From Ranitomeya imitator (Eukaryota), in contig NC_091284.1 in the NCBI RefSeq assembly GCF_032444005.1, forward strand, positions 14,074,001 through 14,138,000: DNA of 64,000 nt, read 5' to 3'. The notes under the pieces were generated by a model. The model was not told where the DNA came from. It did not search any database and saw nothing but the letters and a program-made list of their open reading frames with translations. This document shows positions 1 to 11,313 of this stretch, one piece after another (positions within the stretch are counted from its first letter, which is position 1; the number at the start of each line of letters is the position of its first letter). Both the position numbers and the translations under genes were made by a program.

Positions 1-2896
1 GAGAGCTCCTGATGTGCCTAAACATTGAAACCCCCCACAAGTGACACCATTTTGGAAAGTAGACCCCCTAAGGAATTTATCTAGAGGTGTGGTGAGCACT
101 TTGACCCACCAAGTGCGTCACAGAAGTTTATAATGCAGAACCGTAAAAATAAAAAATCATATTTTTTCACAAAAATTATATTTTTGCCCCCAATTTTTTA
201 TTTTTCCAAGGGTAAGAGAAGAAATTGGACCTCAAAAGTTGTTGTACAATTTGTCCTGAGTACGCTGATACCCCATATGTGGGGGTAAATCACTGTTTGG
301 GCGCATGGGAGAGCTCGGAAGGGAAGGAGCACCGTTTGACTTTTCATGCCAAAATTGACAGGAATTGAGATGGGGCGCCATGTTGCATTTGGGGAGCCAC
401 TGATGTGCCTAAACATTGAAACCCCCCACAAGTGACACCATTTTGGAAAGTAGACCCCCTAAGGAACTTATCTGGATGTGTGGTGAGCACTTTGACCCAC
501 CAAGGGCTTCACAGAAGTTTATAATGCAGAGCCATAAAAATAAAACTAAATTTTTTTCCCACAAAAATTATTTTTTAGCCCCCAGTTTTGTATTTTCCCT
601 AGGGTAACAGGAGAAATTGGACCCCAAAAGTTGTTGTCCAATTTGTCCTGAGTACGCTGATACCCGATATGTGGGGGGGAACCACCGTTTGGGCGCATGG
701 GAGGGCTCGGAAGGGAAGGAGCATCATTTGGAATGCAGACTTAGATGGATTGGTCTGCAGGCGTCACATTGCGTTTGCAGAGCCCCTAATGTACCTAAAC
801 AGTAGAAACCCCCCACAAGTGACACCATATTGGAAACTAGACCCCTCAATGAACTTATCTAGATGTGTTGTGAGAACTTTGAACCCCCAAGTGATTCACT
901 ACAGTTTATAACGCAGAGCCGTGAAAATAAAAAAATCTTTGTTTTCCCACAAAAATTATTTTTTAGCCCCCAGTTTTGTATTTTCCCAACAGGGTAACAG
1001 GATAAATTGGACCCCAAAAGTTGTTGTCCTATTTGTCCTGAGTACGCTGATACCCGATATGTTGAGGGGAACCCCTGTTTGGGCACACGGGAGAGCTCGG
1101 AAGGGAAGAAGCACTGTTTTACTTTTTCAACGCAGAATTGGCTGGAATTGAGATCGGACGCCATGTCGTGTTTGGAGAGCCCCTGATGTGCCGAAACAGT
1201 GGAAACCCCCCAATTATAACTGAAACCCTAATCCAAACACATCCCTAACCCTAATCCCAACAGTAACCCTAACCACACCTCTAACCCTGACACACCCCTA
1301 ATCCCAACCCTATTCCCAACTGTAAATGTAATCTAAACCCCAACCCTAACTTTAGCCCCAACCCTAACTGTAGCCCTAGCCCTAACCCTAGCCCTAACCC
1401 TAGCCCTAACCCTAGCCCTTACCCTAATGGGAAAATGGAAATAAATACATTTTTTAAATTTTTCTCTAACTAAGGGGGTGATGAAGGGGGGTTTGATTTA
1501 CTTTTATAGCGAGTTTTTTAGCGGATTTTTATGATTGGCAGCCGTCACACACTGAAAGACGCTTTTTATTGCAAAAAATATTTTTTGCGTTACCACATTT
1601 TGAGAGCTATAATTTTTCCATATTTTGGTCCACAGAGTCATGTGAGGTCTTGTTTTTTGCGGGACGAGTTGACGTTTTTATTGGTAACATTTTCGGGCAC
1701 GTGACATTTTTTGATCGCTTTTTATTCCGATTTTTGTGAGGAAGAATGACCAAAAACCAGCTATTCATGAATTTCTTTTGGGGGAGGCGTTTATACCGTT
1801 CCGCGTTTGGTAAAATTGATAAATCAGTTTTATTCTTCGGGTCAGTACGATTACAGCGACACCTCATTTATATCTTTTTTTATGTTTTGGCGCTTTTATA
1901 CGATAAAAACTATTTTACAGAAAAAATAATTATTTTTGCATCGCTTTATTCTCAGGACTATAACTTTTTTATTTTTTTGCTGATGATGCTGTATGGCGGT
2001 TCGATTTTTGCGGGACAAGATGACGCTTTCAGCGGTACCATGGTTATTTATATCCGTCTTTTTGATCGCGTGTTATTCCACTTTTTGTTCGGCGGTATGA
2101 TAATAAAGCGTTGTTTTTTGCCTCGATTTTTTCTTTTTTCTTACGGTGTTTACTGAAGGGGTTAACTAGTGGGCCAGTTTTATAGGTCGGGTCGTTACGG
2201 ACGCGGCGATACTAAATATGTGTACTTTTGTTTTTTTTTTTTATTATTTAGATGAAGAAATGTATTTATGGGAATAATATATATATTTTTTTTCATTATT
2301 TAGGAATATTTTTTTTTTTTTTTTTTACACATTTGGAAATTTTTTTTTTAACTTTTTTACTTTGTCCCAGGGGGGGACATCACAGATCGCTGATCTGACA
2401 GTTTGCACAGCACTCTGTCAGATCACTGATCTGATAGGAGTGCAGGCTGCTTCACAGTGCCTGCTCTGAGCAGGCTCTGTGAAGCCACCTCCCTCCCTGC
2501 AGGACCCGGATCCGCGGCCATCTTGGATCCGGGCCTGGAGCAAGCAGGGAGGGTGGTAAGACCCTCGCAGCAACGCGATCACATCGCGTTGCTGCGGGGG
2601 GCTCAGGGAAGCCCGCAGGGAGCCCCCTCCCTGCGCGGTGCTTCCCTGGACCGCCGGCACATCGCGATCATCTTTGATCGCGGTGTGCCGGGGGTAAATG
2701 TGCCGGGGGCGGTCCGTGACCGCTCCTGGCACATAGTGCCGGATGTCAGCTGCGATAAGCAGCTGACACCCGGCCGCGATCGGCGGCGCTCCCCCCGTGA
2801 GCGCTGCCGATCGCTATGACGTACTATCCCGTCCAGGGTCAGATAGGCCCAGGGCACCTGGACGGGATAGTACGTCTAAGGTCACAGAGGGGTTAA
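1..2896 (+). mobile_element. Right part of a non-autonomous piggyBac-like (TTAA-targeting) element with internal ~390-bp subrepeats
   Basis: Ends ...GTCACAGAGGGG|TTAA (2893-2896). Block AAACCCCCCACAAGTGACACCAT recurs at ~30, ~420 and ~805. Related sequence at 50.6-51.9 and 55.6-57.7 kb. No transposase ORF. Confidence 0.6.
1220..1430 (+). repeat. Degenerate (CCCTAA/CCCTAG)n telomere-like tract inside the element
   Basis: Repeated CCCTAA, CCCTAG and CCCCAA hexamers, e.g. 1375-1427. Confidence 0.8.
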
Positions 2897-3008
2897 ATAA
2901 TGTCAGCGGGATCAGTGCAGTGTGTGCACGTTAAAGGGGTTGTCTGGTGTAAACAAGTTATTATCCATCTATGGGATGGGCGACCTCTTGTGCCCACGAT
3001 TTCCTCAC

Positions 3009-3111
3009 CTCGATGGTGCCCATGTGAGAGGCCACGGCGTTCACCACCCGCACCAGCTTGCTCTCCATGTGCCTCATCTGCTCTTCCGTCTGATGCTCCA
3101 CCAGCTGCAGC
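3009..3111 (-). CDS. NDC80: NDC80 exon 16 (last exon in window; gene continues left)
   Basis: cacag|G CTG CAG...ATC GAG|gtgagg; LQLVEHQTEEQMRHMESKLVRVVNAVASHMGTIE; 103 nt. Confidence 0.9.
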
Positions 3112-3286
3112 CTGTGGACGGGGACACGGCGTCACTGACATTACATGGACGGCGGCAGCCAGGAGAGGGCGCTATATTCTGCCCTATAACCTCGGTCTCT
3201 GGGCTCCGCAGAGACACCGGGAGATCGCCAGACACTGCGGCATATGAATACATGAGCACTCATCATCCGCCCCGCTCATCACTCAC

Positions 3287-3417
3287 TCCTGCTGAGCCTT
3301 CTCCAGATCCTTCATGGCCTCCTCCAGACTCTTGTTCACCCCGGACTCCAGCAGGTGGCGATGTTTCTCCAGAGACTTTATCTCCTCTGTCCACCTCTTC
3401 TCCTCCTCGTCCGCTTC
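3287..3417 (-). CDS. NDC80: NDC80 exon 15
   Basis: EADEEEKRWTEEIKSLEKHRHLLESGVNKSLEEAMKDLEKAQQ; AG/GT boundaries; 131 nt. Confidence 0.93.
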
Positions 3418-3523
3418 CTGAGAGGAGAGTAGGGATCACATATATGAAAGAAATGTGCCGATTCCTCCCGTCAGCCGCTATGACACTGACACTGCCCGTC
3501 CATTCTGCCCACCCGACCCTCAC

Positions 3524-3616
3524 CTCCGCTTTCTTCGCTAACAGCTCATCCAACTTCTGCGCTTCTTCCTTCAGGATCTTTACATCATTTCTCTTTTCTC
3601 CAATCAATGAATTCAA
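3524..3616 (-). CDS. NDC80: NDC80 exon 14
   Basis: LNSLIGEKRNDVKILKEEAQKLDELLAKKAE; 93 nt; cctttag/gtgagg. Confidence 0.93.
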
Positions 3617-3667
3617 CTAAAGGAAAAAAAAAAAAACCAACATGAAATCCTTCCTCCGTGCGGAAAC

Positions 3668-5085
3668 GAGGGGAGCACAATCTGTGGGGTACAGCGGAGG
3701 TGAATGTCCCCCGCTACACGTCCTGCAGAGAGAAGCACAATCTGTGGGGTACAGAGGAGGTGAATGCCCCCCGCTACACGTCCTGCAGACAGGAGCACAA
3801 TCTGTGGGGTACAGAGGAGGTGAATGCCCCCCGCTACACGTCCTGCAGACAGGAGCACAATCTGTGGGGTACAGAGGAGGTGAATGCCCCCCGCTACACG
3901 TCCTGCAGACAGGAGCACAATCTGTGGGGTACAGCGGAGGTGAATGCCCCCCGCTACATGTCCTGCAGAGAGGAGCACAATCTGTGGGGTACAGCGGAGG
4001 TGAATGCCACCCCCTACTCGTCCTGTAGACAGGAGCACAATCTGTGGGGTACAGAGGAGGTGACCGCCCCCCGCTACACGTCCTGTAGACAGGAGCACAA
4101 TCTGTGGGGTACAGAGGAGGTGAATGCCCCCCGCTACACGTCCTGTAGACAGGAGCACAATCTGTGGGGTACAGAGGAGGTGACCGCCCCCCGCTACATG
4201 TCCTGTAGACAGGAGCACAATCTGTGGGGTACAGAGGGGGTGAATGCCCCCCACTACACGTCCTGCAGAGGAGCACAATCTGTGGGGTACAGAGGAGGTG
4301 ACCGCCCCCCGCTACACGTCCTGTAGACAGGAGCACAATCTGTGGGGTACAGAGGAGGTGACCGCCCCCCGCTACACGTCCTGTAGACAGGAGCACAATC
4401 TGTGGGGTACAGAGGAGGTGAATGCCCCGCGCTACACGTCCTCCAGAGAGGAGCACAATCTGTGGGGTACAGAGGAGGTGAATGCCCCCCGCTACACGTC
4501 CTGTAGAGAGGAGCACAATCTGTGGGGTACAGAGGGGGTGAATGCCCCCGCTACACGTCCTGTAGAGAGGAGCACAATCTGTGGGGTACAGAGGAGGTGA
4601 ATGGCCCCCGCTACACGTCCTGCAGAGGAGCACAATCTGTGGGATACAGAGGAGGTGAATGCCCCCCGCTACACGTCCTGTAGAGAGGAGCACAATCTGT
4701 GGGGTACAGCGGAGGTGAATGCCCCCGCTACACGTCCTGTAGACAGGAGCACAATCTGTGGGGTACAGAGGGGGTGAATGCCCCCCACTACACGTCCTGC
4801 AGAGGAGCACAATCTGTGGGGTACAGAGGAGGTGAATGCCCCCCGCTACACGTCCTGCAGAGAGGAGCACAATCTGTGGGGTACAGAGGAGGTGACCGCC
4901 CCCCGCTACACGTCCTGTAGACAGGAGCACAATCTGTGGGGTACAGAGGGGGTGAATGCCCCCCACTACACGTCCTGTAGACAGGAGCACAATCTGTGGG
5001 GTACAGAGGGGGTGAATGCCCCCGCTACACGTCCTGCAGAGGAGCACAATCTGTGGGGTACAGAAGAGGTAAAGGCCCCCCGCAC
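3668..5085. repeat. 58-60-bp minisatellite, about 24 copies, NDC80 intron 13
   Basis: Unit AGGAGCACAATCTGTGGGGTACAGAGGAGGTGAATGCCCCCCGCTACACGTCCTGYAGAC. Confidence 0.95.
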
Positions 5086-5251
5086 AGCTGCCCACACCAA
5101 TAATGGCGGCAGCGATAACTCTACATCACTGAGGGTCTCCTTAGTAACAATGAGGGACACACATCGAATATTGGAGGGGGACACAAACATGGGACGTAGA
5201 TGTAAGATCCAGGGGGGTGGGGGGCTTTGGGGGGGGATGTGCGGCTCTCAC

Positions 5252-5341
5252 CTGCTCCAGCACCTCGTCCGCTTCCATATTCTTGTTGGTGGCGCTGGTG
5301 ACCTGCTCTTCGGTCTTTGTTAGCAGCTCCAGCAGGGGGAG
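5252..5341 (-). CDS. NDC80: NDC80 exon 13
   Basis: LPLLELLTKTEEQVTSATNKNMEADEVLEQ; 90 nt. Confidence 0.92.
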
Positions 5342-5455
5342 CTGTGCGAGGAGGAAGAGAGAAGAAACATAAGTGTCCGCTCCTCCCCTGTACTCAGAGC
5401 CGCGTCCCCCGGACACGCCGCCTCCGATATCGCAGCGGGGCTGCAGGCGACTCAC

Positions 5456-5608
5456 GCTGATCTTGTTCCTGCACACGTTCAGGCCGTGCTGCTCTCCGTC
5501 CAGGTTGCACTCAATCTGGAAGTCGTGGCCGTTGGCGTTTTCTGCCGAGGACGGAATCAGCCGCAGTTTCCGCGCTACTTTGTGGAACTCGGCCACCTGC
5601 GTCTCCAC
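5456..5608 (-). CDS. NDC80: NDC80 exon 12
   Basis: VETQVAEFHKVARKLRLIPSSAENANGHDFQIECNLDGEQHGLNVCRNKIS (loop region); 153 nt. Confidence 0.95.
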
Positions 5609-6922
5609 CTACAAGACAGACGGAGGGTCACACACCGCACTGGACGCCGCGGCTTCACCTGCTCTGCAGTCATTGGTTCAGTGACGTTGTTCATGAGCAG
5701 TTACAGGATCTCTCCTGACTGAGCAGCAGCTTGTGCTCCGGAGCAGCACTTCCTCCTATAACTAATGAGTGTCTGCTGAAAGGGTATGTTCGGGTGCGTG
5801 TCCACGGGCCGGATTACATCCGGATTAGGTGCGTACAACCGCAGCATCCACATGTTACATCGTAGTGGAGGGGAGTTTATGAAATCCCGTCTCCACTATG
5901 CGTGCGAGCATGCATCCGGCGGCCCTGCATTTCCGGACATGCAGCGCGTCTTTTTAGAACGCAGCATGTGTTAACCTTACGCTCCGTGACCGCAAGGTAA
6001 ATACCTGTTATTTATGTATGGGGTGCGGAGATTCTGGATGTCTCCAAAGCGCCGACAATCTGGACCGTGGACACTTGGCCTTAGAGGCAGTGGAGCTGCA
6101 GACAAACCCCCAGGACCCCCGGCCACAAGACCGCCCCCCAGCACTGTCTGCGGCTATGGAAATACATCAGATTTTCGGGCTCGTCTTGTGGCGCTCTCTG
6201 TGTAACGTGATTCTCCCGCCCACCACAATCACAGCGATTCCTCGCTTTTATTGTTTTTTTTATTTTTTGATTTGGCAGTAAAATAGGAAAAAGAAAAAAA
6301 ATCAAGTTTGCATTAGAAAAAAAAAAAAAAAAAAAAAGTTTTTTTTATTATGTCGCTCTTTTCAAACACCCAAAACTTTTTTTTTAAAGTTTGGCTAGAT
6401 GGGGCGGGCGAGGGTTTGTTCCCCGTGTGCCGAGCTTACGTTTTTATTAATTACATTTTTCGGCGATGTTGTGGTGTCTGAACAGGGACAATTCTGGGAT
6501 TTTTATTTTTTTGGAGTTATAAGGAGAGAGGATATGATACACACGCTGCTGGCCACATTCAGACTAGACTTTCCAGCCTCGGCCAATGTAAGGGCACGTC
6601 TAGTGGGCATGTGACCGCACGTATGCACATCACACACTCACGGTCAGGTGCCGGCCGCTCCGGGGGAATCCTCACACTGTGCGTCATGTCAGGATTCACA
6701 AGTCTGCAGTCACATAGAATAACTGCAGACTTGTAGCCTAAGGCCGGACGACTTCTTTAACCCGTCCACAGTATCGCAGACCGTATGGCGGTATATGGCT
6801 GAGAATGCCAGCTGGCTGCTGTAGGAGAACCAAGAAAGCAGTGGTCTCCGGGAGGGCTAGATGGGCATCTCCATGGCTTGGCCCCCCATCATGCTGGACC
6901 CATGCGCAGAGCTCCTCATTAC

Positions 6923-7128
6923 CGACTCCTTGATCTTGGCGTACTTCAGCTCCTCGCTCCACAGATGCTGCTTGTCCTCGTCCAGCTCTTTGCTCAGCTT
7001 GCTGATGGTCTCCTGCAGCTCGTTCTCTTCGTACTTGATCCTCTCGATGTCGGCCACGGAGTACTTCTGGTGCGCCAGGACGTTCTTCAGCCGCAGGTTC
7101 TCCTGTCTTATGGCCTCACTTTCCAACT
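6923..7128 (-). CDS. NDC80: NDC80 exon 11
   Basis: [68 protein letters not shown]; 206 nt. Confidence 0.96.
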
Positions 7129-7221
7129 CTGCAGAAAGAGAAGAGGTGCAGGGAGGTTAACAAGACTCGGCCCACCAGGGCAGAGGACCCCCGTAAGGCA
7201 GCTCCGTTTCCTTGGCCTCAC

Positions 7222-7366
7222 CTGCGGCCTCCAGCTCCTCGCTCAGGCTGTGGACTCGCTTTTCCAGTAAGGAGGAGTGAGACTCCATCTCCGTCAGGTA
7301 GTTCTGGTATTTCTGGATGTCGGCTTGGAGGGAAACCTTCAGCTTCCTCATGGAGGCCAAGCGGTC
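7222..7366 (-). CDS. NDC80: NDC80 exon 10
   Basis: DRLASMRKLKVSLQADIQKYQNYLTEMESHSSLLEKRVHSLSEELEAA; 145 nt. Confidence 0.95.
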
Positions 7367-7635
7367 CTGGGAGCCCAAAAACACAGAATCAGGTACCCCA
7401 ACATCCCACCTGAATCAGAAAAACATGGCTGAAATCTCCCAGGAGCAGCGCCGCCCCTGCATGCAGGTTGTGTCTGGTATTACAGCTTCACTGAAACTTA
7501 TGGTGCTTAGCTGCAGTACCAAACACAACCTGGAGACAGGGGTGGCGCTGTTCTAGAAAAGATGGCCATGATTTCCTAATCCATCTGTACCTGCAGCCGC
7601 CATACTGGTCGTCACCCCTCGAGGCCGACACTCAC

Positions 7636-7742
7636 CGGCTCCCGCTCCTTGTCCTTCTCCAGGCGCTCGATCTCCTCCATCAGTCTCCGGATCTCGGCCT
7701 GCAGAGACTCCACCTGAGACTCCTCCACGGCGTACATGTCCT
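7636..7742 (-). CDS. NDC80: NDC80 exon 9
   Basis: DMYAVEESQVESLQAEIRRLMEEIERLEKDKEREP; 107 nt. Confidence 0.94.
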
Positions 7743-8021
7743 CTGCCAGGAGAAGAACCAGTGAGGGGAAGCTACAAAGCCCGAGACCTCTGCCTGCTGT
7801 CACACCTGTCTTCTGTTACAGTGCATCAGCGCAGGGAAAATATATCACATTCATCGGCTCAGAGGATTGTCTGCACCGGACAGAACTGCAACAAACCCTC
7901 AGCTGTGAAGCTGCAAATTAGGAAAAGATTCCCAGTGGCTCCATGTAAACAAGACGGCCGACAGCAAGCGGAGATCCTGAAAACGGGGCCGGGATGAAAT
8001 TCAGAGAACAATGGAACTTAC

Positions 8022-8115
8022 TGAGCCGGGAATAAACCTCCGCGTCAATCTCCTCAAACGTGTCCCGGCCATCCATGAACTGCTCGTAGCACCGCGCCGT
8101 GTAATCCAAGAAGAG
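8022..8115 (-). CDS. NDC80: NDC80 exon 8
   Basis: LFLDYTARCYEQFMDGRDTFEEIDAEVYSRL; 94 nt; donor gtaagt. Confidence 0.95.
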
Positions 8116-8197
8116 CTGCAGCAGGAGCGACAGATCATTGCACAAGTCACAGCAGAAGAACAGTGAGCGCAGCTCCGGAGAATAATACAGGACATGC

Positions 8198-10402
8198 AAT
8201 GTAATGTATGTACACAGTGACTGCACCAGCAGAATAGTGAGTGCAGCTCTGGGGTATAATACAGGATGTAACTCAGGATCAGTAATGTATGTACACAGTG
8301 ACTGCACCAGCAGAATAGTGAGTGCAGCTCTGGGGTATAATACAGGATGTAACTCAGGATCAGTAATGTAATGTATGTACACAGTGACTGTACCAGCAGA
8401 ATAGTGAGTGCAGCTCTGGAGTGTAATACAGGAGGTAACTCAGGATCAGTAATGTAATGTATGTACACAGTGACTGCACCAGCAGAATAGTGAGTGCAGC
8501 TCTGGAGTGTAATACAGGAGGTAACTCAGGATCAGTAATGTAATGTATGTACACAGTGACTGCACCAGCAGAATAGTGAGTGCAGCTCTGGAGTATAATA
8601 CAGGATGTAACTCAGGATCAGTAATGTAATGTATGTACACAGTGACTGCACCAGCAGAATAGTGAGTGCAGCTCTGGGGTATAATACAGGATGTAACTCA
8701 GGATCAGTAATGTATGTACACAGTGACTGCACCAGTAGTATAGTGAGTGCAGCTCTGGGGTATAATACAGGAGGTAACTCAGGATCAGTACTGTAATGTA
8801 TGTACACAGTGACTGCACCAGCAGAATAGTGAGTGCAGCTCTGGGGTATAATACAGGAGGTAACTCAGGATCAGTACTGTAATGTATGTACACAGTGACT
8901 GCACCGGCAGAATAGTGAGTGCAGCTCTGGGGTATAATACAGGATGTAACTCAGGATCAGTAATGTAATGTATGTACACAGTGACTGCACCAGCAGAATA
9001 GTGAGTGCAGCTCTGGGGTATAATACAGGATGTAACTCAGGATCAGTAATGTAATGTATGTACACAGTGACTGCACCAGCAGAATAGTGAGTGCAGCTCT
9101 GGAGTATAATACAGGATGTAACTCAGGATCAGTAATGTAATGTATGTACACAGTGACTGCACCAGCAGAATAGTGAGTGCAGCTCTGGAGTATAATACAG
9201 GATGTAACTCAGGATCAGTAATGTAATGTATGTACACAGTGACTGCACCAGCAGAATAGTGAGTGCAGCTCTGGGGTATAATACAGGATGTAACTCAGGA
9301 TCAGTAATGTATGTACACAGTGACTGCACCAGCAGAATAGTGAGTGCAGCTCTGGAGTATAATACAGGATGTAACTCAGGATCAGTAATGTAATGTATGT
9401 ACACAGTGACTGCACCAGCAGAATAATGAGTGCAGCTCTGGAGTATAATACAGGAGGTAACTCAGGATCAGTAATGTAATGTATGTACACAGTGACTGCA
9501 CCAGTAGTATAGTGAGTGCAGCTCTGGGGTATAATACAGGAGGTAACTCAGGATCAGTACTGTAATGTATGTACACAGTGACTGCACCAGCAGAATAGTG
9601 AGTGCAGCTCTGGGGTATAATACAGGAGGTAACTCAGGATCAGTACTGTAATGTATGTACACAGTGACTGCACCGGCAGAATAGTGAGTGCAGCTCTGGG
9701 GTATAATACAGGATGTAACTCAGGATCAGTAATGTAATGTATGTACACAGTGACTGCACCAGCAGAATAGTGAGTGCAGCTCTGGGGTATAATACAGGAT
9801 GTAACTCAGGATCAGTAATGTAATGTATGTACACAGTGACTGCACCAGCAGAATAGTGAGTGCAGCTCTGGAGTATAATACAGGATGTAACTCAGGATCA
9901 GTAATGTAATGTATGTACACAGTGACTGCACCAGCAGAATAGTGAGTGCAGCTCTGGGGTATAATACAGGATGTAACTCAGGATCAGTAATGTATGTACA
10001 CAGTGACTGCACCAGCAGAATAGTGAGTGCAGCTCTGGGGTATAATACAGGATGTAACTCAGGATCAGTAATGTAATGTATGTACACAGTGACTGCACCA
10101 GCAGAATAATGAGTGCAGCTCTGGAGTATAATACAGGAGGTAACTCAGGATCAGTAATGTAATGTATGTACACAGTGACTGCACCAGCAGAATAGTGAGT
10201 GCAGCTCTGGAGTATAATACAGGATGTAACTCAGGATCAGTAATGTAATGTATGTACACAGTGACTGCACCAGCAGAATAGTGAGTGCAGCTCTGGGGTA
10301 TAATACAGGATGTAACTCAGGATCAGTAATGTAATGTATGTACACAGTGACTGCACCAGCAGAATAGTGAGTGCAGCTCTGCAGTATAATACAGGATGTA
10401 AC
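8198..10402. repeat. 86-bp minisatellite (81-bp variants), about 26 copies, NDC80 intron 7
   Basis: Unit GTAATGTATGTACACAGTGACTGCACCAGCAGAATAGTGAGTGCAGCTCTGGRGTATAATACAGGATGTAACTCAGGATCAGTAAT. Confidence 0.95.
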
Positions 10403-10463
10403 CTGTAGAACGACAGCAGATCATCTGTTTGTTCTAGGTTGTATTGCGCTGATGTTTCTGTAC

Positions 10464-10550
10464 CTTGTTGAAGTCGATTCCTTCATCACTTGGTTCTGAC
10501 GTCTGTGGCTCCTCGAACACGTGTTCGTCTTTCGTCAGCACAATGGACAG
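10464..10550 (-). CDS. NDC80: NDC80 exon 7
   Basis: LSIVLTKDEHVFEEPQTSEPSDEGIDFNK; 87 nt; in phase with neighbouring exons. Confidence 0.88.
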
Positions 10551-10805
10551 CTGGGAGGTGAAGACAGAGGAGAGGTCGGTAATCGTGAGATTTGCATTAA
10601 AGCAGAGATTTAGTTATTGTCTCTTCACCGTGGGGCACACGACCGGTCACTGCCTGCACCATAGGGGGGGGGGACATGACCCAGTGCAGGGTCTCCTGTG
10701 CTCTCAGGCTGTGGCTCGGCCCCATGCTTTACACTGCAGCTCTTCCCACACACACACACACTTCTGACTGGTCACATGAACTGATTATTACAGAAAAGTC
10801 TCCAC

Positions 10806-10908
10806 CTTAATACAGTCCAACAGCCAGACCAGAGCTGCCACGATCTGCGGCCACGTGTGGGGGGCACCAACGGTGTACATGGAGCTTTTGGACAACGCAA
10901 AGGGATAT
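10806..10908 (-). CDS. NDC80: NDC80 exon 6 (CH domain)
   Basis: [34 protein letters not shown], the highly conserved NDC80 motif; 103 nt. Confidence 0.97.
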
Positions 10909-11254
10909 CTGCGAGAGAAAAACAGATTTCATTAAGACAATTAAGGGGAGTCGGTCACCCCCAACATACATTTTATAGAGGCAGCACAGTGTTGTAGGGG
11001 GATTGCCCCCGTAACATGCACACCAGCACTGCCTGAGAACATGAGGGGCCGTGGGACCCCTGTACAGTATCAGATAGGATCCTGCACGTTAGATACAATG
11101 TATACGGCCTGATGATAGGAGAAAATAGATTAGTGACACAAGAACAAGAAAGAAGAAAAGACGAGAATCTCTGCTCTCCGGATACAATGTACAAGTGGAC
11201 GATCCCGTCAGGGGGCAGGGAGACGGCCGGACGACCCCTGCGGGAAGAAATAGA

Positions 11255-11256
<2 letters not shown>

Positions 11257-11313
<57 letters not shown>
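11257..11313. repeat. (TA)n microsatellite, Tc1 target
   Basis: Run of TA directly abutting the Tc1 TIR. Confidence 0.95.

Noticed and set aside
1220-1430. True telomere or chromosome end
   Set aside because: Degenerate, short, embedded in a transposon and inside an NDC80 intron.
3613-10345. Repetitive ORFs (CTPQIVLL..., MYIHYITDPEL...)
   Set aside because: Products of the 60-bp and 86-bp arrays.
8198-10402. CRISPR-like regular repeats
   Set aside because: No unique spacers, no cas genes, eukaryotic intron.
10973-11194. Exon-like segment after a pyrimidine tract and CAG at ~11110
   Set aside because: Not needed for the NDC80 frame, no homology, no good donor.
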